In this document: positions 39,870-56,718 of the stretch, one piece after another
Position numbering within the stretch: position 1 is the stretch's first letter
How the letters are laid out: each line of letters starts with the position of its first letter
Source of the DNA: Octopus vulgaris
Lineage: Eukaryota
DNA: 64,000 nucleotides
Assembly: GCA_951406725.2 (NCBI GenBank)
Contig: OX597827.1
Span: 80,786,001-80,850,000, forward strand
Direction of reading: 5' to 3'
Notes under the pieces: model-generated
Database searches by the model: none
What the model was told of the DNA's origin: nothing
The model's input: only the letters and a program-made list of their open reading frames with translations
Position numbers and translations under genes: made by a program

Positions 39870-41480
39870 GGTGTGAGTATGGAATGGTAATGGTAAGATA
39901 TGTCTTTGGTGGTGCTGATACGAAATTTGGAAATGTTGATAGGAGAAATTGTTGCATGAAGTGCAGAGGGAAGAGGGGAGACTACTCCATGCTGATCCAA
40001 CAGCTTTGAATTTGAACAGAAAAGATTTGAAAATGTGATTAAGGATATGAAGTGAAGTAAATCAGTTGCAGAATCAGGTTTAGTCTGTGAGATATGGAAT
40101 ATATGCAGTAAAGAAGGACATCTATGAGGCCCTTACATCATAAAGTAAGGGTCATAGAGACAATGACTAACACTGCAGCATTATCGACTGTAAAAGAAAT
40201 GCTGGAGAAAGAAGCATCCAGAAGGAGAAACACTGAATGAATGGACAAAACTGTGAAGGTGAGAAAACGAGTTGGTCAGGGAGAAAATTAGGGGAGGTGA
40301 GACATAGATTGGACGTGGAATAGTGACGTGGGTGGGGTGGGACATAGATTGGACTGGGGGTGGGACATAGATTGGACGTGGGTGGGGGTGGGACATAGAT
40401 TGGACGTGGGTGGGGGTGGGACATAGATTGGACGTGGGTGGGGGTGGGACATAGATTGGACGTGGGTGGGGTGGGATACCAGCAATACGTTCTTGCTTGT
40501 CAGACAATTATAGGGACCAAGAGTTAGTCAAGACCAAGACGCTCTGTCTTGTATTTGTTGAGTTGGGGAAGATCTTTGACAGGGTAACACACTCCCTAAT
40601 TTAAGGGTCACTGATAAAGAAACTTGGTGTGGAGGAATGGCTTGTGAGAATCTATGGTGATACTATGAGGAATGTGAGAATTAGGATTGAGTTCAGAGAG
40701 GATCTTGGCATGGCAGCTGGAGCCAAGCAGGGCTCAGTTCCATTCTCTGTCCTGTGTATTACAGTTCTTCATTGACATAAATGTCTGTGAGGAACCTTAT
40801 GCTCCAATAATATAATTCTTTTAACTGAATCAGTCAATGAATGAGAGAAGAAATTCCAAACATGGAAGCAAAACCGAGAATTAAGAATCTTTAAAGTAAA
40901 CCAAGCAAAAATAAATGTTTTGGTTTACAGGAAAAAAGACAGGATTTTATTGAAATTTAGGAAATAAACATATGTGAGATGTTGACAAGGATTAAGCAGG
41001 AATCACCGACAGTGAACCCAATATGAACTAAGGGTGCATAGACGATGGAATGGGGTTTTAGGTTGACTGACAGATAAGATAGAATTCGTATTCAGGAGAA
41101 GCACAGGAATATCAACACAGCAATGAAATATATTCAGTGAAATGGCCAGGTTTCTCAGGAGTTGTTGATTGTTTCTGGAATTGAGGTGACCAAGGTGTCA
41201 GTGGAGGGAGCAGGGTTTCTAAAAGGAGAGGGGCCAAAGTAAGAATAAGGTAAGAATAGGTTAGGAAATTATGCCTCGACTGGCAATAAAGGTTCATCAC
41301 TCTTTCTCTGTCTGTCTGTCTGTCTGTCCCTGTCTCCAGGTGAAGCCCTTGGTTGTGTTATAACAAGTATACAGAAAGTGTGATGTAGTGAGGTCGTTAA
41401 GGAAGGGCAGTGAAAGTGAAACTGAGTGTGTATAGGATGCAAAGAACTGATGTAAACACACAACGGAGGATGCTTGATGT
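39870..41480 (+). mobile_element. Highly decayed RTE-clade LINE copy
   Basis: Remnant motifs VIKDMK..S..SG, FVELGKIFDRV, KLGVEEWLVR and QGSV, collinear with the 18828-21065 element. Boundaries are approximate. Confidence 0.7.
40301..40476. repeat. 28-bp G-rich minisatellite (GGGACATAGATTGGACGTGGGTGGGGGT), ~5-6 units
   Basis: Directly visible tandem units inside the RTE remnant. Confidence 0.93.
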
Positions 41481-41889
41481 CAGTGTGGCTGAAGGACCGA
41501 GTGGAATGGGCTGAGAGAGAAAACTAAGGTGGAAAGGGAGCAATGGTAGTGTGAAAATGAAAGGGGTGATTGGTGAGTGAGAGTGAGAGTGAGAGAGAGA
41601 AAGGGAGAGAGAGAAAGGGAGAGAGAGAAAGGGAGAGAGAGAGGGAGAGGAAGAGAGAGGGAGAGGAAGAGAGAGAGAGGGAGAGGAAGAGAGAGTATTG
41701 TATTTGTATGGTATGGGATGCATAGGGAAGGCATAAAAGAGTAGCTGGAGGGGATCCTTATGAGAAGAAAATTAAGGAAGAGATAAGGGAAGCTGGTCTC
41801 AGGTACTGGGTCTCACATAGGGGAGGAGCAGAGAGGGCAGGAAGGGATAAAGAGGGGAGAGGTACTGGAGAAGAATTGGTTAAAACCAG

Positions 41890-42570
41890 GCAAGCATGAG
41901 ATACGGTCAGAATGACGAAACCCTTCTGCACGCACTCGTGCAGTGTCTACATATTCCAGAGCTGTGGATCCATGTCAAACGGCTTTTGCTGGGTGTGGGA
42001 CGAATCCGTTTGTCATCCGAGTCTATTGTGAATATTGCCCTGCCACTTTCCTTTAACTGGGAAGGCAAGGCAGTTTCCATCGTATTGGTGGCAATGGCAA
42101 CAGAATGTGTTTGGTGGACTTGTTTGATAGGTTTAGAGACAAATAGTTTCCTCTCAGGCCAATCTCTCATCAACTTTTTCAAGTATCATTTGAAAAGGAA
42201 GGTAAGAGTAGAGAGGGAAGTTTTGTCTAATGAAAGATTTAATAAAAGTTGGGTGAATGTAGCAAAAATGGTATGCAAGAATGATGGAACCACTTTGAGC
42301 ATTAACCTGTAAAACAAAGAGAGAGAGGATAATTTGTTCTCATAGATTTTCCCTTTTTTTCTAGGTTTTTCTTTCCACGGATAACTCTAGACAGTGTTAT
42401 ATTTTCTCCGCATTTGGGGAATTCAAATTGTTTAAAAAATATCACCTTGATATCTATTTGCATATACGCCCCTAAAGATGTCTTTTTTCGATCCCTTTTG
42501 ATTGATTTCAAAAAAGAAAAATCCTACATTGTATTGTCCCCTCTCTGTTAAGCCCCGAATGGCTAAAGAT
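41890..42570 (+). mobile_element. 3' end of an L1/Tx1-type LINE (ORF2 C-terminal zinc knuckle plus 3' UTR)
   Basis: ORF 41896-42312: (C)MRYGQNDETLLHALVQC..IPELW, a CCHC-like motif, followed by the W-rich C-terminal helix region. Confidence 0.7.
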
Positions 42571-42571
42571 T

Positions 42572-42770
<199 letters not shown>

Positions 42771-42974
42771 TCTCACACAACTACACGTAGAATACTGAAC
42801 GACCACAATGAGCCATTATGCTTCTATCTTAAATAGCAGTAATGAGTTTGTCTCCCAGAAAACCTATTTATTGTCTCAGTCCACACAAAGAGCACATCGT
42901 CACCCCAACCCCCACCATTTCACACCATCTCTGCCAAACCCCATCATCATCATAAAATTCACACACACACACAC

Positions 42975-43005
<31 letters not shown>

Positions 43006-43187
43006 AGCAGACACATATGTACACACATGTGTAGGTGGATATACATATATAAATTGGTGAAAATGTGTCCATAGACATTTCCAATTTATGCCCCTCTTTC
43101 TCAATCGTCCTTCTCTCTCTCTATTGATGTATTGCATTCTCCATTTCCTACCTATCTATAAACATACACACATAATTACATACATAC

Positions 43188-43322
<135 letters not shown>

Positions 43323-43632
43323 ATATAATAATAATATTATATTATAATATTATATATATTATATAATATATATATAATAATATATATATATATATGTATG
43401 TATGTATGTAATTATGTGTGTATGTTTATAGATAGGTAGGAAATGTAGAATATATATATATATACACACATACACATATATAAATATATATATATAAATA
43501 TATATGTATATATATACTTACATGTATAAAATATATATACATACACACATATATATGTATATATACATATATATATGTGCATATATATATACACATATAC
43601 ACATACATATATATATACACATACATATATAT

Positions 43633-43708
<76 letters not shown>

Positions 43709-44022
43709 GCATACATATATATATATACATACACACGCACACACACATCATTTAATGTTTGTTGTCCATGCTGGCATGGGTTGGACAGTTTGCCCAGGGC
43801 TGGCAAGCTGGAAAGCTGTACCAGACTCCAGTCTGGTTTGGCATGGTTTCTATGGCTGGATGCCCTTCCTAATGCCAACCACTCTGAGAATGCAATCAGT
43901 GATTTTACATGCCACTGGCACAGGTGCCATTTGCGTGACACCGATATCTGCTATGACTCAGATTTTGGCTTGATGGCTCTTCTCCTCAAGCATGACATAA
44001 TGCCAACGGTCTCAGTCATTGC

Positions 44023-44073
<51 letters not shown>

Positions 44074-44428
44074 ATAACTTAGATATGCTTTGACCAAAAA
44101 TTGGTCCAGGCCATGTCTCACTTAACAGCACCACCTGATAGGATTATCTAAATCCTTTTCAAGTCAAGTTTTGTAGTATCATGGTCCATTCAAGTAGTGA
44201 GTTCTTTGTTGAGTGAGGTGTATCCAGGTATGGGGGGTGAGGGGGCTTATCTGGTATTCCTTGAAGATATATATATATACATATTGAAACTGTCATATTT
44301 ATTATTATATATTTCTATTTATATATATTTATATTTTTAATATAACAATTATTCTGCACACATATTCATCTTTCTGAAGAATTTTCTGATATTGATTTCC
44401 TGATATTATTAACAACATATTATATAGC

Positions 44429-44519
<91 letters not shown>

Positions 44520-44549
44520 CATACATTTATATCTAGATCTATATACAGA

Positions 44550-44590
<41 letters not shown>

Positions 44591-44696
44591 ACATACACAC
44601 ACATAAACACAAATACATACATACACATTTATACACATAGACACACATAGCCACAAATATGCATATACTTGATATAGATCTAAACATGTCTCAGAT

Positions 44697-44744
<48 letters not shown>

Positions 44745-45717
44745 CTTTGCATGTATTTAATTAGTGACCCATAATCACAAGTACGCATTTGTTACATAGC
44801 CGACATCCCCCTCCCCCCTAACACAAACGCATGCACACATGCACACACACACAGGCGTGCGCACACACACAGACACACGCACAAGTGTAGATGTATGTAG
44901 ATATGCAAATAGCCACAAGGGGATTTGAACACTGCACTTCATGCACAATGAAGTGTACACGTAACGAGTGCGCTACTGCACTAAATAACTGCATACAATC
45001 ACACACGCACACACACACGCACACACACACGCACACATGCACAGACACATATACACGCACAAATGTTATGAATAAGCAGTTCTCATTAAGTATATAAATA
45101 TAGATATGCGTGACGGTGTGTATGTATGTATGTACACACACACATGTAATATATATAACTATATCTATGTATGTATATATGTATATATATTTTTTATATA
45201 TATTCATAGATTCATATATATATATATATATATATATATGTACTCACTCACATACATACACACACACACATGTAATATATATTAGTATATGTATGTATGT
45301 AGTTATGTATGTATGTATGTATGTGTGTGTATATATATATATGTGTGTACACACATACATGTAATATATATATAACTATATCTATGTATGTATATATGTA
45401 TATATATATATTATATATACATATATTTTATATATATATATATTATATATATATATATGTACTCACACACACACAAACACATACACACACACATATGTAA
45501 TATATATTACTATATGTATGTATGTATGTATCTATACACACACACATGCACACACGCACACACACACACATTGGTACCTATATTCACAGATGCTCAGAGA
45601 GAAAGTAGATAGAGAGAGATAGAGTGAGATGGAGAAAAAGTGAGAAAGAAAGAGTGAGAGAGAGAGAGTGAGGGGGAACGTGAGTGTGTGAGAAGTTGTC
45701 ACTGAAGCAGTGCATGG

Positions 45718-45757
<40 letters not shown>

Positions 45758-46434
45758 ATGTTGACACGGCATCCAGCATTGTGTGGTTCGTGTTGGGGGA
45801 AACAGCTTCTCCCAGCCGAAGACAAACAGCTGCAGAAAGAGTCATCACTGCACAGCGCCGATGCAAGTAAGCAGCATCATTGTTTTAAGAGTGAGAGAGA
45901 TGGAGAGAGAAAGAGGGAGAGAGATGGAGAGAGGGAGAGAGGGAGAGAAAAAGAAAGGGTGAGAGAAAGGTGGGGGTGGTGGGGGGGTGGGGGTGGTGGG
46001 GGTGGTGGGGGTGGATTTGGTTCTCATTTTAAACTGAAAGAAAGTGTTTTTGTTTAATATATTTCCATCACTATACACAACTTTTAGCATGTGTGTCTGT
46101 GTGCATATATATATATATCTGTGTATACATACATACACGCACAAATATATATATACATATATCGATATAGATATACAAACAGGCATACATATTACTCACA
46201 CACACACACACAAATATATATATATATACACACATATATATATATACACAAACACATATATATATATATATACACACACACACAAATATATATATACATA
46301 TATCGATATATATATACAAACAGGCATACATATTACACACACACACACACACAAATATATATATATATACACATACACATATATATATATACACACACAC
46401 ATATATATATACACACACACATATATATATATAT

Positions 46435-46479
<45 letters not shown>

Positions 46480-46588
46480 TATATATATATACACACACAC
46501 AAACATATATGCTTGCATACAATCATCTATACATAGTCAGGTAGAAAAATGGATAGACAGATAGATATGTTTTATATGTATATGTGTG

Positions 46589-46632
<44 letters not shown>

Positions 46633-47017
46633 TATATATATATATATACATACACACACATATATTTATATATATACATAATACATATATATATATATAT
46701 ATATGTGTGTGTGTATGTATATATGTATGTATGCATGTATGTATAATAGGTGTGTACCGTGTGGTTGCATAGAGAAGTGTGTACGTTTGTATACTTTCTC
46801 ATTTATTTATTGTTGTTCATCTGCACTCAGTCAGCTCTGCTTTTAGAATATTCCCACATGGATATTCTTGGGGAATGTATATATATATACTTGTATGTCT
46901 ACATATAATGTGTGTACATGTCTTTTCTATATACATATATACATACACACACACACACATATATATATGTATACACAAACACACACACATATATATATGT
47001 ATACACAAACACACACA

Positions 47018-47073
<56 letters not shown>

Positions 47074-47195
47074 TATGAATGTATCTATGTATGTGTATGT
47101 ATGTGTGTGTATACATACATACGTATATGTTTGTGTATACTTATATATATATACATATATATATATGTACATGCATATATATTACTCACACACAC

Positions 47196-47238
<43 letters not shown>

Positions 47239-47550
47239 TGCATATATATTACACACACACACACCCATATATATATATATATATACAGTATGCCTGTATA
47301 TATATTACGCACACACACACACACATATATATACATAATGGAGAAATTTGTGTTGACCGAGGCAGTAAATTTCACTTAGCTTGTTCAGATGTTTTTGATG
47401 TATACTTGTATGTATGTATATGTATTTGTATATACCTATTTATGTATCAATATTTGTCTATGTATATACATATATATATTTGTGTGTGCATATGAGTCTA
47501 TACATGTTTGTGCATATATGTGTGTGTATATATATCTATATATATATATA

Positions 47551-47920
47551 TGCTGTGTAGTAAGTAGGTTGCTTCTCAATCACCTGGTTCCAGGTTCAGT
47601 CCCACTGTGTGTCACCTGGGGCAAGTGTCTTCTACTATAGCCTTGAGCTGACCAAAGCCTTGTGAGTGGATGTGGTAGACGGAAACTGAAAGAAGCCCAT
47701 CGTATATATATATGTGTGTGTGTGTGTCTGTGATTGTCCCCCCTAACAACGCTTAACAACCGATGCTGGTGTGTTTACATCCCCATAACCTAGTGGTTTG
47801 GCAAAAAGAGACCAATAGAAGAAGTACTAGGCTTACAAAGAATAAGCTCTGGGGTTGATTTGCTTGACTAAAGTGCTCCAGCATGGCCACAGTCAAGTAA
47901 CTGACATAAAAGAATAAAAT
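47551..47920 (+). mobile_element. SINE family A, near full-length
   Basis: Collinear with the other family A copies. Confidence 0.9.
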
Positions 47921-48834
47921 AATAATAATATATATATAAATAATAATATATATTTATTGGCTAAACTGGCAATATGACCATTCCGAAATATAACAATATA
48001 TATAGATGTATGTATATATATGTGTGCGTGTGTGTGTGTGTGTGTGTAATTATATATGTATCACCCCCCCACACACACATATTTATATCAATTTTTGTAT
48101 ATATAAATGCATATCTATAATCTCTTTCGACTCTCTGTCTGTCTGTCTGTCTCTGACTGGGTAACCATGTACCTCCTCTATTGCATGACATCTGCTTTTT
48201 GCCTCTCTATTTCTCTGTCTCCCTCTCTCCTTTCATCATCTGACCACAAGATCTTCTCTTCCAATACTCCAAACCCCTCTCAAAATTCCTTGTCTTGCAA
48301 GATGCTTGGTGACCCTGCTGGTGCTGGTGCCAAGCAGAAAAAGGCATCCAGTCCCCACTGTAAAGTGGTTAGCATTTAGAAGAGCATCAAGCTGTAAAAA
48401 CCATGCCCAAACTGACCTAGCCTCTGCTGGTGCCAATTAAAAATCACTCGACCCACTCTACGGTGTGGTTGGTGACAGGAAGGGCATCCAGCTGTACAAA
48501 CCATGTCAAAGCAGAGACCGTAGCCTGAGGTGGTCTTCTACCTTGTTGGCTCCTGTCAAACTGTCCAACCAATGCTTCAATGGAAGGCGGATGTTAAACA
48601 ATGATGATGATGATGATGATGATGTTGATGATGATGATGATGAGGATGAGGATGTGTGTGTGTGTGTGTATTTCAGCTATATGTGACAAAGTTTTGAGGA
48701 CACATAGACTGGACCCACCCCAGCAGATATCAGTACACACCCAAAGGTCAAACAGAGCTGATACACACACACACATATATATACACACACATATATCTAT
48801 GTATAGGTACATACGTACACATAGTTATATATAT

Positions 48835-48881
<47 letters not shown>

Positions 48882-49012
48882 ATATATATATATCTATATG
48901 CATATATGTATATATACACACACATATAGTTATATATATATGTGTGTGTATATATATATACACACATACATGTATATATATATATGTGCATATATATGTA
49001 TATATGTATATA

Positions 49013-49050
<38 letters not shown>

Positions 49051-50370
49051 CACACACACATACACACACAGTTATATGTATATGTGTGTGCGTATGCTAC
49101 CAATTTCAACAGCATCTCTTACCACTATAACTATCCCTACATATCATCCCTACCCCCTACCAAACCACCCAGCCTTCATTCTTACTCCCTATCCATATTA
49201 TTGTATCTTGAACGTATGCACTGATCCTTTATTTCCACCCCTTTCCCTCCCTTTCCTGCTGGGGTACCCATTTATACCCTCTACAGCAGGTCACCTGTTC
49301 CTCTCCCTTTCCCCAGCCTCTCCACACGAGGCACAGAGCCATCTTATCCCCAGGCAGTAGGGAGTTCTTGTCATGCAAGTTACTTGGTCACCCCACTAGT
49401 GCTGGCGCTATGACAAAAGCAGCCAGGGTGTTCTGAAAAGTGAGTGACAACTAGGAAGGGCATACCGCTGCAGAAACCCTGCTGGAGCTGACACCAGAGA
49501 CGAAAACAACCCTGCCATTTGTTGAATCATGTCCAAGTGTCCATGCGTGTATAGCAAACTGCCCATAAATGACCATTTTGATGTTGATGCTGTGTTTGAA
49601 TATTTGTGTGTGTGTGTGTATGTGTGGGGATAATATATGCATATATATGTACATTCATAGATGTATGTACATATGTATGTATGTATATGTATACACACAC
49701 CTCACACATATGTATTGACAGGTATATGTATGTATACATGCATATATATATATAAGTGTGTGTGTGTGTGTGTGTGTATATATCTATGTATATATACATA
49801 GATATAGTTACAGATACATGTTTATATATAAATATATACATAATCATCATCATCATCATCATCATCCAATGTTTTAAACCCAGGTTTTGTCCCCATTAAG
49901 GGGTAGCTGGATCTACCTCAATGCCAAAGCAACCAAGGTGGGCAGGTGCAGCCAACCCCAACCTTTGGGCTGGTTGATGCCCATTCTCCTTTGCTATGAT
50001 GAGGCTTTTTGGGAGCTGGATTTTCTACAGGGAGCATGCCCTAGCTTACTCCCAGCTTCAGTTTCTAGACATGAGTGGTCCTGGGATGAAGGCCTCTACC
50101 ATGATTTTTAAGGAATGTGGTGGGAAAGTAGCTCAGGAAGGCAGGGACATGCTACTCCCTGGAACCCCCTTTTGGAGTACCCCTACCTATATATACATAC
50201 ACACACACACACATATGTATATATATATATATCATCATCATCATCATCATCATCATTTAGCGTCCGTTTTCCATGCTAGCATATATATACATTTATATAT
50301 GTATATATATGTATATATATATACATATATACATATATATATATACATTTATATATGTATATATATATAC

Positions 50371-50462
<92 letters not shown>

Positions 50463-50567
50463 ACATATATGATATATATATATGTATAGATATATGTGTA
50501 TATATATATACACACACACACAATATATATATACACATATATATATATACATACACACATATGTAAG

Positions 50568-50606
<39 letters not shown>

Positions 50607-50633
50607 CACATATATACACACACACACATATAT

Positions 50634-50769
<136 letters not shown>

Positions 50770-51166
50770 GTAGATTAATTGACAGATAGATATGGAGATA
50801 TAAATTTTTAATCACCATACAGACATTGATAGACATTAAATACAATTTTGCTATCACTGAAGTATCGACAAGATGGCATGTTTTGCTGGTTTAGCACCAA
50901 ATTGGAACCAAGTGGTTGCTTCGGTAAGAATATTTTTGACTGGAAAGTTCTTGGAGGAGATGAAGAAGAAAGGTTATGATGGAGGCGGTGGTGGTGGTGG
51001 TGGAGTGCTTGTGTGTGGCAGACTGTGTTGGCACTGAAGTTTGACCTTATTTTATTGATTTAGTCGATAGGAGTAGAACTATCTGGTGCATACAGACACA
51101 CAGACACGGCTTCATGAAATGCACACATACATACACACAGGCACACGCATGCATGCACATGTACAG

Positions 51167-51274
<108 letters not shown>

Positions 51275-51567
51275 CTATGTATCTATCTACATATATATAC
51301 TATTAATATTTAGTAGAAGCAACAGAGTGGCTCAAAGGCCAACATTCACACATACATACATACATACATACATATATGTACACATACCTACATACACATA
51401 TACATACATACATATACACACATGCATACATATACACATACATACATACATACATACATACACACATATATATACACACACATACATACACACGTATATG
51501 CATACACATATACATGCATACATACATACACAGGCACATACATACACACAAACACATACATACACAC

Positions 51568-51613
<46 letters not shown>

Positions 51614-52159
51614 ACATCGTCTTATATGTACATAATTACTTCAATGTTAAAAAATGCATACACAAAGCACACACACGTTTATAGACATACACACACACAC
51701 ACAAACACACACACACAGATATTTGATGGTCCCCAAGCATGTTTCCTCCTTCTCCTTCCACTCTTACTCCCACTTCTAATTTTCTTCAAATTTACCAAAA
51801 TTCTTTGTGAATCTCTTTCAATGGTGTGGTGGAGAGAATGGTGATAGCAATAAAAACAAAGATACGTGTGTCTATACATATACAAAAACATGCACATACA
51901 CAGACATACACACATACATACACACACTTATATATATACGTATATATAGATACATACACACATATATATGTATATATATACATATATATATATACATATT
52001 ATATATGTATATATATATATACATATGTATACATATATGTATATATATATACATATATATATATACATATTATATGTATATATATATACATATATATGTA
52101 CATATGTATACATATATGTATATATATATATGTATACATATACACACATATATATATAT

Positions 52160-52312
<153 letters not shown>

Positions 52313-52416
52313 CATACATATATATATATATATATATACACATACATAAATACATACATATATATATATATAAATACATACATATATATATATAAATATG
52401 TATATACATATGTATA

Positions 52417-52465
<49 letters not shown>

Positions 52466-52540
52466 GTAGTACTCCAGCATGGCCTCAGTCAAGTAACTGA
52501 AACAAGTAAAAGGATAAGAAGGATATCTATACATACATAC

Positions 52541-52586
<46 letters not shown>

Positions 52587-53319
52587 ATATGTGCGTATAT
52601 ATACATATTACTGTATATACATACAGATATATATGTATACATGTCCATATGCATCTAACTATCTATTATATACATACATATGTACATACGTGTGTGTATA
52701 TATATGTATATATATATATATGTACATTTATGTATATTATATATATATATGTGTGTGTGTATATGCATACATATATGTGTATATATGCATATATATATAT
52801 GTATGTATGCATGTTTATATATATATGTATGTGTGTCTCTACTCTGAGTTTCTCATTCCTGGAGGGGTGTTACTCTCTTGCATATTTTTCTGTCCATGTG
52901 TGTGTGTGTGTGTGTGTGTATGTATATATGTATGTGTGTGTGTGTGTGTGTGTATATATACATGTGTGTGTGTGTGCTTATGCATGTGTATGTGTGTCAC
53001 ATCGTTTCTTTGTGGTATGAGGAGGGGTGGGGAGAGAACACAGTACAAAGGATCTTGTAGGAGAGGTGTGAGGAGAGAGATGGAGAGAGGGAGGGAGGAA
53101 TAAAGAAGGGCCATGCAGTGCAGGTTTACAAGATGTGTGCATCTCAGTGCTGCGTTTGAAATTTGTACTTTTTTAAACTCTGCTGCTGCTGCTGCCGTTT
53201 TTGTTGTTGTTGTTGTTGTTGTTGTTGTCACTGTACACGGTTCTCGTATTAAACATTTCTCCAGATTGTATTGAATAAAAAAAATTTCCTTCAGGCGTCA
53301 GTTATTATGGTGGTCACTG

Positions 53320-53725
53320 GTATCACCACCGCCACCGACACCACAACCACCACCACAACCACTACTGCCAATACCACTAACACCACCACCGAGACCACAA
53401 CGACCACTACTGTCAACACCACCACCATCACAATCACCACTATAACCACCACCAACACCACAACCACCACTACTGCCAACACCACAACGACCACCTACAC
53501 CACCACCATCACAACGACCACCAACTCCACCACCGCCAATACCACCACAATCACCACCAACACCACCATCAACACAATCACCACCTACACCACCACCATC
53601 ACAATCACCACCAACACCACCACAACCACAACCAACAGCCTCCTCCCCCCCTCATCATCACAATAACCACCTACACCACCACCACCACCAATACCACCAC
53701 AACCACAACCACCACCAACAGCCCC
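53320..53725. repeat. Degenerate (ACC/ACA) triplet repeat
   Basis: Produces a Thr-rich pseudo-ORF at 53271-53666. Confidence 0.88.
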
Positions 53726-54981
53726 CCCCCCCCTTCATCATACCTTGGTTACTCCCCCCACTAACATGTAGTGTTGGTGGTTGTGGTGAACATGGTTCAG
53801 AGTAGTAGTAGTAGTAGTAGTAAAGGTATTAGTAGTGGTAGTAGTAGTAGCCAGTGTATATGATGGTGTTGTTATTGTTGTCATTGTTCTGTGATATATC
53901 TTATATGGTGGTGTAGGAGATGGTGGAGGTGGTGGTGGAGGTGGTGGTGGTGGTGGTGGTTACAGTTGGGGTTGCAGTGGCAGTGATGTTGATGATGTAA
54001 TCATTTTCCGCTGGTTTCATGCTTACCAATAACATTATAGAAGTGTGTGGATATGTCAGCATATATTACACACACACATGCATGAGCACACACACACATA
54101 CATCTTTATGCACACATACACACACACACACACACATACGTATCTATGCACACATACACATACACACATATATATGCATACACATGCAGACATAGAGACA
54201 TGTATGTATTTATGTATGTATATATCTATATTGATCTATCAATCTATCTGTCTTTCTATTTATTTACACACACACACACACGCATATATATGTAAGTATA
54301 CACACATGCATCCATGCATACATACATGCATACACACATATATACATACATAAATACATACATACATACATACATACTCACAAGCATACATAAATACATG
54401 CATGCATACATGCATACATAAACAGTGTCCTGAGCATCCGGTATTGGGCTGGTCCCTGATTCGGGTGTTCCATGGTTTTGAGGAACATGAAACCACATCT
54501 TAGTGATTATTGTTCTTGGCTCTCCCCTGACCAGAGAAGCTGAACCTGTCAAGGTGTGCAGTAAGACCACTGGAAGACAGGGACCCCTAGTTGTTGTTGT
54601 AGCACCTGTCTCATAGAGGGATACTCTGATGTATAACCTGTGGTCATCTAGCTTTGGCCAATCACTGGGTATTAATCATGGAACCAGAGTGAGTTACACC
54701 TGTATTGTCTATAATCCTGTGATTAGACAGGTGTGCATTAATAGTATGACCCCATTTGTCATTCCCTCAGTGGCAAAAGATGCTGACCCAACTAGTTGGG
54801 AGTGAACAGTAAGTGACAACTTTCAACTGTCACCTATGCTTCAGACTATGCAGGACTGCAAAGGGACTGAATAGTCATCTGAGAGGTCATGGGTGGTAAG
54901 TCATAAATGTCATGACAAAGAAGCACAAGGGGGAGGCAACCTCCTGTGAAGGTGGGGCAATCATCATCATCTATCTATTTA

Positions 54982-55025
<44 letters not shown>

Positions 55026-55065
55026 TGTATGTATGTATATATATTTATGTATGCATGTATGTATG

Positions 55066-55096
<31 letters not shown>

Positions 55097-55133
55097 ATAT
55101 ATATATGTATGTATGTATATATATATATATATG

Positions 55134-55194
<61 letters not shown>

Positions 55195-55256
55195 ATATAT
55201 ATATGTGTGTATGTATGTATGTATGTGTATATATATATATACATACGTACATATAC

Positions 55257-55319
<63 letters not shown>

Positions 55320-55344
55320 AGAGAGTGAGTTTTACTGTGTTTCA

Positions 55345-55790
55345 CAATTACTATTCGTAAGAGATCTCAACTTGCGAGTAAATGGGATTCAAGAGGTTCG
55401 CTTCGTCGCCATGACTAGAGTTTTCGTTATCTGCCTATTTATATATGTGGATGGATGAATGCTTGTAGCTAGTTAGACACACACACACACACACACAGAC
55501 TACAAGGCAACAGTCTCTCGCAGGAAGAGGGTTAAAGCAGATCGACCGACCGCCGACAGTAATATGCCGAGCGGGTATAAGGGAGATAACTCTAAATACA
55601 GTTTTCACTGGAGGCAATTCAGCCGCCAGCCACGTATTATCTCTCTTTCACTTGCGTTGCGGGTGTCAACGGCGATGATGTAGCGGCTGTGATATTTTTT
55701 ATTGCTATCGTGGGCCTTGATACGGCTTTGAAAAACTCACTAAAACTCTTCAATACATTTTACAGACTTCTGCAGTGAAGGACTTTTTAA
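55345..55790. promoter_or_regulatory. CpG-enriched unique island, candidate promoter or 5' exon region for the protocadherin
   Basis: Visibly CpG-dense (GATCGACCGACCGCCGAC, GCCGAGCGGG, TTGCGTTGCGGG) and unrelated to repeats seen in the window; ~4.2-4.6 kb upstream of the coding exon. Confidence 0.3.
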
Positions 55791-55841
55791 ATGAATACTG
55801 TTTTAGAGAAAGAGATTAGTGACACACACACACACACACAC

Positions 55842-55886
<45 letters not shown>

Positions 55887-55998
55887 CACGTATATATTAT
55901 ATATATATATCATACATACATATATATTATATATATATATCATATATATATAATATATATATACATACGTATATATTATATATATATTAAATATATAA

Positions 55999-56049
<51 letters not shown>

Positions 56050-56059
56050 CATAATATAT

Positions 56060-56102
<43 letters not shown>

Positions 56103-56103
56103 C

Positions 56104-56136
<33 letters not shown>

Positions 56137-56457
56137 CCGTGGCACTCTGTCAGGTATGACGACGTGGGTCCCAGCTGATACAATCAATGGAACAGCCTGC
56201 TTGTGAAATTAACGTGTAAGTGGCTGAGCACTCCATAGACTCGTGTACCCTTAACGTAGTTCTCAGGGAGATTCAGCATGACACAAAGTGTGACAAGGCT
56301 GGCCCTTTGAAATACAAGTATTACTCATTTTCGCTAGCTGAGTGGACTGGGGCAACGTGAAATAAAGTATCTTGCTCAAGGACACAACGCATCGCTGGGA
56401 ATTGAACTCATGACCTTACAATCATGAGCCGAATGCCCTAACTACTATCCCACGTGC
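56137..56457 (-). mobile_element. SINE family C
   Basis: Reverse complement matches 29222-29535. Confidence 0.88.
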
Positions 56458-56458
56458 C

Positions 56459-56552
<94 letters not shown>

Positions 56553-56718
56553 GCACAATTTATTTGTGATCAGAAGTGCTTGAAAACCAAGGCACTCCTG
56601 TGTATGTACATATATATATATAGGGAGAATTCACACACAAAAAAACAAAACAATAGACGAAGACAGGTTGTATAGACAACAAACAGATGTATTAGTATAA
56701 TGCTCGGGAAGTGAAAAA

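Noticed and set aside
40301-40476. CRISPR-like appearance of short repeats (also 9160-9400 and 35640-35940)
   Set aside because: These are head-to-tail tandem units without unique spacers; there are no cas genes and the context is eukaryotic.
53271-53666. Mucin-like Thr-rich ORF
   Set aside because: It is a degenerate ACC repeat that continues past the stop codon, with no signal of a real exon.
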